Source of the DNA: Candidatus Omnitrophota bacterium
GTDB taxonomy: Bacteria; Ratteibacteria; UBA8468; MWAK01
Reading direction: 5' to 3'
Assembly (NCBI GenBank): GCA_043826355.1
Contig: JBDRQI010000006.1
Span: 1 to 63,407 of the forward strand
DNA: 63,407 nucleotides
The notes below the pieces were generated by a model, which did no database searches, was not told the DNA's origin, and saw only the letters and a list, made by a program, of their open reading frames with translations. The translations under genes and the position numbers were made by a program. Positions 19,465-28,114 of the stretch are shown one piece after another (the stretch's first letter is position 1; each line of letters opens with the position of its first letter).

Positions 19465-19959
19465 ATGGCGATGAGATGGAGAGGAAAGAAGTTGAAATGT
19501 TTTGTCATGCTTGCAAAAGAATTGTTGCTGAGCGCGGCCTATAAGGCGCTTTCTTCAGCGGCCAAGGTTATTTACACGTATGCGAAACTTGAGGCCGGTA
19601 AGCAGAACGGAGAAAACCTATTCAAACACGAATTTGAATTTACGTATAGTTGTATCAAGAAATATACCGGACTTACCGATCCCACCATCGCATCAGCATT
19701 GAAGGATCTTTGTGGTGCCGGATTTCTTATCAGAACCACACCGGGTGGTTTAAAGGGAGCCGGCGGAGTGACCGGTGCCTATCGTCTTTCCCTTGATTGG
19801 CAGAGTTCCTCTCCGATTATCAAACAGAAGAGAACCATCCGGATGAAAAAGCGGATCGCTGTGTCTGATGAATCGGATGCATTGGTCCCCGGAGTGAAGG
19901 CCCCGGAGGTAGCGGCAAGCGGTGAACAGCCGCAGCGGGGTGGTGGTATATATACATAA
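19465..19959 (+). CDS. Winged-helix protein, putative replication initiator
   Basis: FVML...LSSAAKVIY...TGLTDPTIASALKDLCGAGFL, a wHTH pattern typical of satellite/phage Rep proteins. Confidence 0.6.
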   Translation: MAMRWRGKKLKCFVMLAKELLLSAAYKALSSAAKVIYTYAKLEAGKQNGENLFKHEFEFTYSCIKKYTGLTDPTIASALKDLCGAGFLIRTTPGGLKGAGGVTGAYRLSLDWQSSSPIIKQKRTIRMKKRIAVSDESDALVPGVKAPEVAASGEQPQRGGGIYT

Positions 19960-20246
19960 CTCATAAGAATTTTAAGAGGTTTTCGGGATAAGGCAAAATC
20001 AACTGTTTTGATGGATGAACCGTTGAACGGCAAGGGTTCTTGAAAAAAATGGGGTCTATAAAAATTTAAGCGGTCAATTTAAGAATGGAGGGGAAGAGCC
20101 CCCATGTTCCTAAAAAATTTAATAGGAGTTCTTAAAATAACTTCGTTCGGCTTCTTCTGAAGAGTATTCCGGCGAGGTGGAATAATAACGATAGATTACA
20201 AGGAAAATAGTTCTCGGATTTTCCGGGAGCTTACCATGGAGGTTGT

Positions 20247-20709
20247 ATGAAAAGTAAAGGCGAAAAGCTGGTTAAGGCAAGCGATGTGAGTAAGAAAACG
20301 AAAGCGCTGTTGGACAGGTTTGCCAAGCAGTACAGTTTCACGCGTCGCAATACCAAGCCAGATACTACGACGCACACCGCTTTCGGTGAGATTGAACGTC
20401 GCATCACGGAATTGCTTGCTGGCAAGACGTATGATGAAGGTGCTGCGATTCTGCCCGACATCGCCCCTGCTCTTTGAAAAGAAAAAGGACGGTAGCCAGG
20501 TTATAAATCCGGCTGCGCTACGCCGCATCGTCGTAGGTTTAGCCGGAGTGAACATCGGCACTTACCGACGATGGAAGAGTGAAATGAAGGCCCGGGAACA
20601 GATGGCGGAAGAGCAGCCGAACAAATATCCTAATAAGGATGAAATACCAAGCAACGAGGTCCGCCGCTGGATGCATGGAAACAAATTAAAAAGGGCAAAG
20701 GGTCTATAG
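20247..20709 (+). pseudogene. Hypothetical element protein split by an apparent 1-nt insertion near 20465
   Basis: ORF 20247..20477 continues naturally into LFEKKKDG... of ORF 20320..20709 if one C is removed from GCCCCTG. Confidence 0.5.
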
Positions 20710-20877
20710 GCGCCGGAAAGCGATCGCCGTTTCAGACAAAAACTGAAAATCGGCCACCCCCGGGTTATGATGGAAACTGGGACAGGGGATTTGGCCGGCC
20801 ACGATGGTGGCGGAATCCAAAAGTTTGATATCAAACACGCGTTAGCCTATGTTAACGACGATAAAAAAGGGGGAAAA

Positions 20878-21102
20878 ATGAAGCGCGTCATAAGTCTCAC
20901 CGACGCAGTATTAGCGGAATATCTACAGGAGTATTTTAAGCGCACGTTACGCGCCCAACGGTCTTCTCCTATTTGGAAAGCCCTTAAGGAATCCGGCCGG
21001 CTGAAGTTGCGGCCCAGGGGTAGTTCGGCCAAAGGCCGACAGACGCAAACAAAACCTGGGGACTTAGAATCCGGCATTATTAATGGAAAAAAGGTTGATT
21101 AA
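20878..21102 (+). CDS. Small basic hypothetical protein
   Basis: Purine-rich RBS; overlaps the xis start. Confidence 0.5.
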   Translation: MKRVISLTDAVLAEYLQEYFKRTLRAQRSSPIWKALKESGRLKLRPRGSSAKGRQTQTKPGDLESGIINGKKVD

Positions 21103-21355
21103 CATCAAGGATGCTGCCGTATATCTGGGTCTAACGGTGAACACCCTGCGCTGCATGTGCTCGAGGCGAACCATCCCCCATGTAAAAATTGGGAGAACTG
21201 TCAGGTTTGATGTTTTTAAGCTGAATCAAATGATTAAAGATTGCTCCATAGAGGTTGGGAGCTTTGACAATTTGCCGAACTCCGGACATAGTTTTACCGC
21301 CGAAGGAGGGACACTATTATGCGTATCTACAAGAGAGGAAAAGATTGGTATGTAG
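21083..21355 (+). CDS. Excisionase / HTH_17 DNA-binding protein
   Basis: LINIKDAAVYLGL...TL...IPHVKIGRTVRFD. Confidence 0.85.
   Translation: MEKRLINIKDAAVYLGLTVNTLRCMCSRRTIPHVKIGRTVRFDVFKLNQMIKDCSIEVGSFDNLPNSGHSFTAEGGTLLCVSTREEKIGM
21264..21292 (+). promoter_or_regulatory. Putative integrase promoter inside xis
   Basis: TTGACA, 17 bp, CATAGT; RBS AGGAGG before 21319. Confidence 0.55.
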
Positions 21356-22422
21356 ATTACCTATACCAGGGAAGGAGAAGAAGATTGAAAATTGGCCCCA
21401 ACAGGAAGGAAGCAGAGGCTGTTCTGGCCAAAATCCGGTCCCAGATTATCGAAGGGACTTACTTTGATTCAAAGAAGACCGTCCGGATTAAACTCGCCGG
21501 GATGGCGGAACGCTTTATGAACAACCATTCCAGCATTAACAATAAGTCTTCTACCGTATATCGGAATGCAAGCATCATAAACAACCTTTCGCGTCACTTG
21601 GGAAATAGATATCTTTTCGAAATCCGAGATATGGATATTGACTGGTACAAGAAGGTTAGGCTTGAGGAAGGGGTGAAGCACACGACCATAAACCGTGAGA
21701 TTGCCGTTTTGCGAGCCGTGCTGAATAAAGCTAAGGCCTGGGGATTTCTCAGGTCCGATGTTCCGAAGATGGCACTGTTCAAGGTGGATAACACGCGCGT
21801 CAGATATCTGGAAGAGGCCGAGGCCATCAGGTTAATTGAAGCCTGCCCGGAACCATTAAAGTCAATCGTCCTGGTGGCGCTAAATTCCGGAATGCGTCGG
21901 GGGGAGATACTGAATCTCAAATGGACGGACGTCAATTTTCCGGGACGGATTATCACCGTCCGGGATACTAAGAGTAAAAAGAATAGATATTTGCCGATGA
22001 ATCAACCGGTTCTTGACGTTCTGACAGCTGTCCGTAGGGTTCCCGGTAACGAGTATGTTTTTATCGGCGATAAACCAGGTACCCACCTGAGCGAGGGTTA
22101 TGTTTCGCACCGTTTCGAAAAGGTTGTTGATAGTGTTGGGATAAACGACTTCCATTTTCACGATTTACGCCATTCTGCGGCCTCGTGGCTGGTGATGGGC
22201 GGGGTGGATCTGAGAACCGTTCAGTCTATTCTCGGGCATCAAACGTATCAGATGACCCTGCGGTATGCTCATTTATCCCCGGAACACCAGAGGCAGGCGG
22301 TTGATATCTTGGCCGGAAAAACGGTAAAATTAAAGTCGGAAGGAAGTATTGGATATGGCACAAATCTGGCACCAGAGGTAAAACCGAAAATTGCCGAAAC
22401 CGTGCCGATGTACGCCAATTAA
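21319..22422 (+). CDS. Tyrosine recombinase / phage-type integrase
   Basis: N-terminal arm-binding domain; SGMRRGEI, TKSK, FHDLRHS, LGH and RYAH catalytic motifs. Confidence 0.95.
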   Translation: MRIYKRGKDWYVDYLYQGRRRRLKIGPNRKEAEAVLAKIRSQIIEGTYFDSKKTVRIKLAGMAERFMNNHSSINNKSSTVYRNASIINNLSRHLGNRYLFEIRDMDIDWYKKVRLEEGVKHTTINREIAVLRAVLNKAKAWGFLRSDVPKMALFKVDNTRVRYLEEAEAIRLIEACPEPLKSIVLVALNSGMRRGEILNLKWTDVNFPGRIITVRDTKSKKNRYLPMNQPVLDVLTAVRRVPGNEYVFIGDKPGTHLSEGYVSHRFEKVVDSVGINDFHFHDLRHSAASWLVMGGVDLRTVQSILGHQTYQMTLRYAHLSPEHQRQAVDILAGKTVKLKSEGSIGYGTNLAPEVKPKIAETVPMYAN

Positions 22423-22429
22423 GCGTTTC

Positions 22430-22501
22430 GCCGCCTTAGCTCAGTGGTAGAGCAGGGCATTTGTAATGCTCAGGTCGGGGGTTCAAATCCCTCAGGCGGC
22501 T
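22430..22501 (+). tRNA. tRNA-Thr(UGU), CCA not encoded
   Basis: Cloverleaf: GCCGCCT/AGGCGGC acceptor, GCTC/GAGC D-stem, GGGCA-TTTGTAA-TGCTC anticodon arm, GGGGG-TTCAAAT-CCCTC T-arm. Confidence 0.95.
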
Positions 22502-22517
22502 CTGAATCACCACCTTC

Positions 22518-22620
22518 GGGATTTGAACCTAACAACTTCAAGGTATGGGTGCCTCACCTGCTCGGCACCCGACGCAAGCAACGCTCCTGACTTGTCGCGT
22601 TGCGCCTCTCAGGCGGCTCC
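22518..22620 (+). repeat. tRNA-linked repeat, copy A
   Basis: GGGATTTGAACCT (inverse of the T-arm)...AACTTCAAGG...CTCACC...CTCAGGCGGCTC (tRNA 3' end). Confidence 0.8.
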
Positions 22621-22678
22621 GCTTCCTTGGGGGAACGGCAGAGTCTTTTTTAGTCACTTACAAAAATCACCGCATGTC

Positions 22679-23428
22679 TTAACGCAGAACTCTTCCCTCG
22701 AAATCCATCACCTTTCGGCTAAGTATATCAAGCCGATACTGCATAAGCAGTCCATCGTGGCAATACTCTGTCTGGTCAAAGCGTAATTGAGTGTCAAAAA
22801 AACGCATGACGTCAAGCCCGATTAACATATTTCCTAAAGCGTTAACATGCAAAGGGTCACGCATCAACTTGCGATATTCGCTTAAGTACATATCCCGTAA
22901 CGGACTCCAACGGGCGTCGCAATCAATTAAGCAACATCCGGCATCCTTGGCAACCCCGCGAATGGTGTCTAAATAGTAAACCATATCAGTAACAAGATGT
23001 CGATTCCATTCCAAATTTAATTCTTTTAACAACTGCATATCACAGGCGTAAAAGGTTTGAAAAACAACATCTGCTCCAAGTTCCGTAATCTGAGCATGCA
23101 ACCGCAATAAATTTTGGTGGGATTCTTCCAGCGGTATCCGGAAAATGCAATCGTTAGCCCCAACCGTGACAATTACCAGGTCCGGACAATAAACGGCTAA
23201 CTGACTGTCAAAACGCTCCAACAAATCTTTCGTAGTATTGTTGGTCACTCCGGAGTTGATGAATTGACCGCAGCTTCCACCGTAAACATTTTTAAAACCC
23301 AACTCAACAAAATCAAACCAATGCATGCCAACATCAAATCGCTGCGTGCTTGACGAACCAAACGCAACCATTCTGATAAATTGTTTAGAGGCGAGTTTCT
23401 GATAAATTTTAAGTTCTTTAACATCCAT
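22679..23428 (-). CDS. SGNH/GDSL hydrolase
   Basis: FGSSST, NSGV, GAND and DPLH blocks. Confidence 0.85.
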   Translation of the reverse strand: MDVKELKIYQKLASKQFIRMVAFGSSSTQRFDVGMHWFDFVELGFKNVYGGSCGQFINSGVTNNTTKDLLERFDSQLAVYCPDLVIVTVGANDCIFRIPLEESHQNLLRLHAQITELGADVVFQTFYACDMQLLKELNLEWNRHLVTDMVYYLDTIRGVAKDAGCCLIDCDARWSPLRDMYLSEYRKLMRDPLHVNALGNMLIGLDVMRFFDTQLRFDQTEYCHDGLLMQYRLDILSRKVMDFEGRVLR

Positions 23429-23461
23429 GATATGATTTTGCTTGCTTTATTAAATTTCCTG

Positions 23462-23533
23462 GGGATTTGAACCTTGAAACTTCAAGGAAAGGGGGGCTCA
23501 CCCCGCCAGAGTTCGGCTCGCCTAGGCGGCTCC
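23462..23533 (+). repeat. tRNA-linked repeat, copy B
   Basis: GGGATTTGAACCT..AACTTCAAGG..CTCACC..AGGCGGCTCC. Confidence 0.8.
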
Positions 23534-23674
23534 TTCTTTTCCGTTGATTGTCTTTGACGGTTCAGAATTTTTACCGGAAACCTCCGAAACATCACTTTGT
23601 GACCAAATTGTGCCCATCTGCTTTCCGAAATGGTCTACCCGTCTCTTCTGGTAATCAGGTGAAAGGTGGGCGTA
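23534..23674 (-). pseudogene. C-terminal remnant of a second tyrosine integrase
   Basis: Minus strand reads YAHLSPDYQKRRVDHFGKQMGTIWS, matching YAHLSPEHQRQAVDILAGK...GTNL of 21319..22422. Confidence 0.75.
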
Positions 23675-23691
23675 TCACTTTTCCGCCTCAT

Positions 23692-24834
23692 TTAATATTT
23701 TCCATAAGTTTTCGCAGTATCTATCATCTTAAAGATATTTTCTTCCGGAGTGTCTCTGCCGCATTGGTCTCCGGTAGAAAGAATAAATCCGCCTCCTTTA
23801 GCCGCATCATCCATTGCTTTTCTCGCAGCTTCTGCTACTGCTTTTGTTGTCCCTTTGAGCATCACTTTGGTAGTATGAAGGTTTCCCATGAAAGAAATCT
23901 TTTTCCCGAACCTTTCTTTAATCTCTTTTAAATTGCAGTCTCCCATTGGAGGAATTTCTAAAGGGTTGATACTGCTTAAATCTGTTTCTTCCGCACACAT
24001 TTCCACCAGGGCTCGCTCCGGTCCACAGCAGTGTATCTGGCTCGGAATGCCTGCCTCTTTGCACATTTTGGTGATTTTTTTAAGGGTGGATAATCCCAAG
24101 TCCCTGAATATTGCCGGGGTGTTGAAAATCAGGAGTCCTGAGGCGCCGGTGAAAATAAAGTCAGGACGGACAGGAGATGACAAAATTTTCCCCAATCGCT
24201 TTATTGTCTCCTCCCCCGCTTTTTCCATATGTTTCTTTACTTCATCGCAACGATCATAATAGTCATATACAGAGTAAGAACCAGGTACTTCCGGATTGTC
24301 CAAAGATGGAACTGCCGCGTGAATTCCTACAACACCCTTGTTTCCCATATACCCTTTAATTTCCTTCAAAAGTTCTAAATCTTTCTTCTGTTCTTTGATT
24401 CCTTCAATTGGTTCATATTTCCGGGGAGATTCTTCCATGCCCAATTTGGAGGCAGCCAGGATAGTAGGAGGATCACTGCGGTAGTAAACAGTAATCAGGG
24501 GCGACCACTCTTTTCCATTTTTCTCTTTTTCGGTATATTCCCTGGTAATAATTCTTTCCTCGGAGCGGAAAACAACAACCGTTTCTTTTTTGCACCCGGA
24601 AGGTTCTTCTTTTTCAAAGATATTCGGGATACTGGGGAGCCACCCATCAAATCCGAAATACTTTACGGTATCAATGTAGGCTTTCCATAGCGGCGGGTCC
24701 TGGTAGAGGTAGATATCCCAGAATGGTTTTCCCGTGAGTTTGCAGGGAATCATATTGGAGGTATCCGGAGCCACCGGCACCATGTCCGGCTGTCCGTTTT
24801 TCATGGCAATAAGCATTCTCTCTTTAGAAGTCAT
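23692..24834 (-). CDS. Uroporphyrinogen decarboxylase / MtaA-CmuA-family protein
   Basis: MTSKERML...PDMVPV; HCCG; GNL; GGFILSTGDQ...TPEENI. Confidence 0.85.
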   Translation of the reverse strand: MTSKERMLIAMKNGQPDMVPVAPDTSNMIPCKLTGKPFWDIYLYQDPPLWKAYIDTVKYFGFDGWLPSIPNIFEKEEPSGCKKETVVVFRSEERIITREYTEKEKNGKEWSPLITVYYRSDPPTILAASKLGMEESPRKYEPIEGIKEQKKDLELLKEIKGYMGNKGVVGIHAAVPSLDNPEVPGSYSVYDYYDRCDEVKKHMEKAGEETIKRLGKILSSPVRPDFIFTGASGLLIFNTPAIFRDLGLSTLKKITKMCKEAGIPSQIHCCGPERALVEMCAEETDLSSINPLEIPPMGDCNLKEIKERFGKKISFMGNLHTTKVMLKGTTKAVAEAARKAMDDAAKGGGFILSTGDQCGRDTPEENIFKMIDTAKTYGKY

Positions 24835-26707
24835 TGTCTTTATCAGTGTTTATTGGTTTCAGGCCTTTCTTTAAAACAAAGCCAGCGGATTTTTGTTTAA
24901 AATTGAGGGTCAGAGAAGAACCGTTTTCAAAGTCAACTTTTTCTGTCTCCGGGTTTGATTCTTGCTTACTGGTTTCCAGACCAGCCAGTGATTTGAGATA
25001 AGCGTAGAGGAGATAAATTTTGTTTTCCGGCAAGGTGTCAGGCATTCGGGAGAGATAAAGTTCCAACGGTTCGGTTGCCAGGATGACCTTTCCTTTGCCA
25101 AAACGGTTCTCCAGAATTAAAGGATTGCCGGATTCGTTCACCGCCAAAACTTTAGCTTCTTTTGGCTCTACAATCAGGCGCCAGCCTTCGGTGCGCCGGA
25201 GGGAGAAAAAAGGTTGGGATTCTTCGCCCCTGCCCACCCCATGCAGGGGTTCAGAATGACAAGGTATAAAATCAGAACGAGAGAAGGAGCAGCGGCAAAG
25301 AGAAGATTCGGTTTTCTTCCGGGTGATGGTCTCAATACCGAAGAATTCGTTCTGTTCCGGAAACTGGAAATCATGGTAAGAGAAGTAGGCAATACTGCCT
25401 GAGGCAACCCACTCCTTTAGCCGGTCCCAGTCCCGAATCCGCAAAACCATCCGTCCAGCCGCCGGAAAGATTAAAAGCCGGTAATCGGCAAAGGCATCCT
25501 CAACATTAATTATTTCGGGGTTAATCTGCGCCATTTTGGACAGGATAAAAGCGTTAAAGAGCATCGGCTGGTTCTCTTCCCGCCAGGGTACCACAATGGC
25601 GGAAGACCCTTTTTTTCGTTTATAACACTGGAATTTTTGCTTGCTCAAAAATTCCGCGAATTTTTTAATCTCTTTACCGATGAGGTTGGGTTTACCGTCT
25701 TTATTAAAGAGACCCAACTGTTGTTCCATTGGATGGTAATCATAAGGCGGTTCGTACCGGTGTTCAAAGTTGAATCCGCACCAGAAGAGCGCACCCAAAC
25801 TTCCTGCACCGTAGAGGCGGTAAAGGGCCATCCGGATATATTCCGTACCGATTTTTTCGGACATAAAACTATCACCTAAGGTGCCAAACTCTTCAGCCAT
25901 CACGGGCTTTTTGCCTATGCCTTCGTAAAGCCGGTTTTGAAAAGAGGCCAGGAAACTGGTTCTGATGTTGTCGCTGCGGTCCGGACATTCTGCGGCTTGG
26001 AAGAGAGGATAAGGGTGAACACAGAGGAAATCAAGGGTTTCCGCTAAATCTTTCAGGGCAAAACCGCTCTTACCGGCACGGGTATTGTCCAATCCATGCA
26101 TTCCGGAGGTAACCGGATGGTTCTTGTCCCATCTTTTTATTTCGTTGGCTAAAAGATGGGTCCAGAGCCAGCCTGCATCATGATTGGGGCAGGATAGAAC
26201 GCAGTTCTGTTCGTTAGCCAGGTCCCAGGCTAAAATCTGTTTCTCATTCTGATAGCGTTGAGCGAAGAACCGGCAATAAGCGGTTTGGTAGCGTAAAATC
26301 GTTGGGTCAGTAAAGATATTGCGGTCTTTCCTGAAGGGAGGGTCAAAGAAGATACCGCTCATCCAGGCGGTAAATAGGGTTGGGATGAGACCAAGTCTAC
26401 GCTTTTTGGCAATTTCCAGGACCTGGTCAAAATGGTCAACCATCTCCGGGTTGACTAACGTTTCTGTCTCCTTCCAATCGCTCAACCTTTTATCATAGGG
26501 TTCTTTCTGGTCCCAGGGTCCAACGTAGAATTCTTTAATATTCTGAAAGTCTTCCCAGAGAAAGAAGATGCGAACCGTATTTATCCCTAAACTTTTCAGG
26601 AGTTCGAAGTCATTATTGATATCTTTGGGATTAAATTTTTGCCACATCTGCACCCCGGTCTTGGGGGGCCAATAGTTTACACCTAAAAGAAATTGGTTAT
26701 TGAACAT
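24824..26707 (-). CDS. Glycoside hydrolase, GH5-like (clan A)
   Basis: GVNYWP, WDLANE (acid/base), HPYP, EEFG (nucleophile). Confidence 0.85.
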   Translation of the reverse strand: MFNNQFLLGVNYWPPKTGVQMWQKFNPKDINNDFELLKSLGINTVRIFFLWEDFQNIKEFYVGPWDQKEPYDKRLSDWKETETLVNPEMVDHFDQVLEIAKKRRLGLIPTLFTAWMSGIFFDPPFRKDRNIFTDPTILRYQTAYCRFFAQRYQNEKQILAWDLANEQNCVLSCPNHDAGWLWTHLLANEIKRWDKNHPVTSGMHGLDNTRAGKSGFALKDLAETLDFLCVHPYPLFQAAECPDRSDNIRTSFLASFQNRLYEGIGKKPVMAEEFGTLGDSFMSEKIGTEYIRMALYRLYGAGSLGALFWCGFNFEHRYEPPYDYHPMEQQLGLFNKDGKPNLIGKEIKKFAEFLSKQKFQCYKRKKGSSAIVVPWREENQPMLFNAFILSKMAQINPEIINVEDAFADYRLLIFPAAGRMVLRIRDWDRLKEWVASGSIAYFSYHDFQFPEQNEFFGIETITRKKTESSLCRCSFSRSDFIPCHSEPLHGVGRGEESQPFFSLRRTEGWRLIVEPKEAKVLAVNESGNPLILENRFGKGKVILATEPLELYLSRMPDTLPENKIYLLYAYLKSLAGLETSKQESNPETEKVDFENGSSLTLNFKQKSAGFVLKKGLKPINTDKDNDF

Positions 26708-27312
26708 AATTCGGTTTAGCGATGGAATTGCGCACCACCGGGTTTAAAGGTAAAATTGTGTTTGTTGGTCCAAAAGTTGTACCCTGAATCTGATTGATTA
26801 ACTTCTTGACTGCGACCACACCCATCTCTTTTCTGGAAACCGTTACGGTGGTCAAAGAGAAGAGTTTTGCCAACAGGGCATCATCAAAACCGGCCACGGA
26901 AATCTCTTCCGGCACATTTATCGGTATCTTTTCCAAAAGTTTTAAGAGGTGAATTCCGGTAATGAGACAAAAACCCAAGCGCCGCGTTTCTTTCTGGGTG
27001 CCGGATATTTCGGTATAGAAAGCATCGGTATAGATATCAAAGACGCTTAGCGTTGCCAAAAAACTGAAAACATCTTTTGGGGAGAGGGGCAGATAAAAGT
27101 TCCTTTACCGGGTAGACGGTAAATTAAACCCCCGATTTCTAAATCCTGGAGCGCTTTGCGCACCATAATCCGGCTCACATCATGCCGTTGTAATAACTGT
27201 GTTCTGAACCTAAAGTCGCATCCGGCTTTATCTTACCTCTTAAGATACGCTGGCGCAGGTCAGCCTTAACCTTTTCGTGAAGAAGAATACTGCTTTTAAT
27301 AGAACTGGTCAT
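26697..27312 (-). pseudogene. Decayed GntR-HTH/LacI-sensor regulator
   Basis: Fragments in different frames: LRQRILRGKIKP, VRKALQDL...GKGTF, VPEEISVAGFDD...LTTV. Confidence 0.75.
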
Positions 27313-27574
27313 ATCTGGTACTATTGTACCGCAAAAAAATCTCGACTTCAAGGGGAATGTAAGGACTCTGTCAAAATAAATCATTAAATTACAAATATTC
27401 CGGTTTGTGACCAAATGGTGACCATCCGGGAGAGCAAAACTATCTACCGCAACCGCATCCCTGCCTTTATTTTCTCACCCGAACAATGCACTCATTTTTC
27501 GCTCTTGGACACCTCCTTTTCGTGTGTGTTATTATACAGGAAAAGTGTCCTGAGGGATTGATTGGAAAGTAAGG

Positions 27575-28054
27575 ATGGAAAACGGATTCCGAGAATATCT
27601 GATTACTTTTATTCTTTCGCTCCTGCCCATTTCGGAACTGCGGGGAGCCATCCCATACGGATTCAGTCAGCGCCTTCCTGTGTTCGGTGTTTTGTTTGTC
27701 GCCGTCATAGGTAATTTTATTCCGGTAGTTCCGGTCTATTTAGGTATCCAGAAAGTCGCGCAATATCTTTCCGGCCGTTATTTGTGGGCGAAAAGGTTCT
27801 TTGACTGGCTCTTTGCGCGGACCCGCCGGAAAGCGAAAGGGATTGAGTATTCCGAATTCTTCGGCCTGGCAATCTTTGTCGGGATACCGTTGCCGATAAC
27901 CGGCGCCTGGACCGGTGCGATTGCCGCCAGTTTATTGGGAATACCCTGGAGGCGGGCATTTCTTTCCATCTTCCTGGGTATTTTAATCGCGGCAACTGTC
28001 GTTACCATGGTCTGTCTGGGTTTCATCACCGTATTCAGCCTGTTTGTTAAGTGA
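27575..28054 (+). CDS. Small multi-drug export family membrane protein (COG2426-like)
   Basis: LPISELRGAIP; FVGIPLPITGAWTG. Confidence 0.85.
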   Translation: MENGFREYLITFILSLLPISELRGAIPYGFSQRLPVFGVLFVAVIGNFIPVVPVYLGIQKVAQYLSGRYLWAKRFFDWLFARTRRKAKGIEYSEFFGLAIFVGIPLPITGAWTGAIAASLLGIPWRRAFLSIFLGILIAATVVTMVCLGFITVFSLFVK

Positions 28055-28114
28055 TCTTTTCGGTCGAAAACGCATTTTGCGTAAAGATTTTTTTCAGGGC
28101 AGAGGTCGTTAGTT

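Larger units (their letters stand above)
1..22429. mobile_element. Integrated element / genomic island abutting the 5' end of tRNA-Thr; left boundary not seen
   Basis: int-xis-rep module, RadC/DUF6876 cluster, defence genes, lower GC at the left end. No capsid, relaxase or T4SS genes recognised. Confidence 0.7.

Noticed and set aside
22466..22786. 106-aa ORF
   Set aside because: It overlaps the tRNA and tRNA-derived repeat and is spurious.
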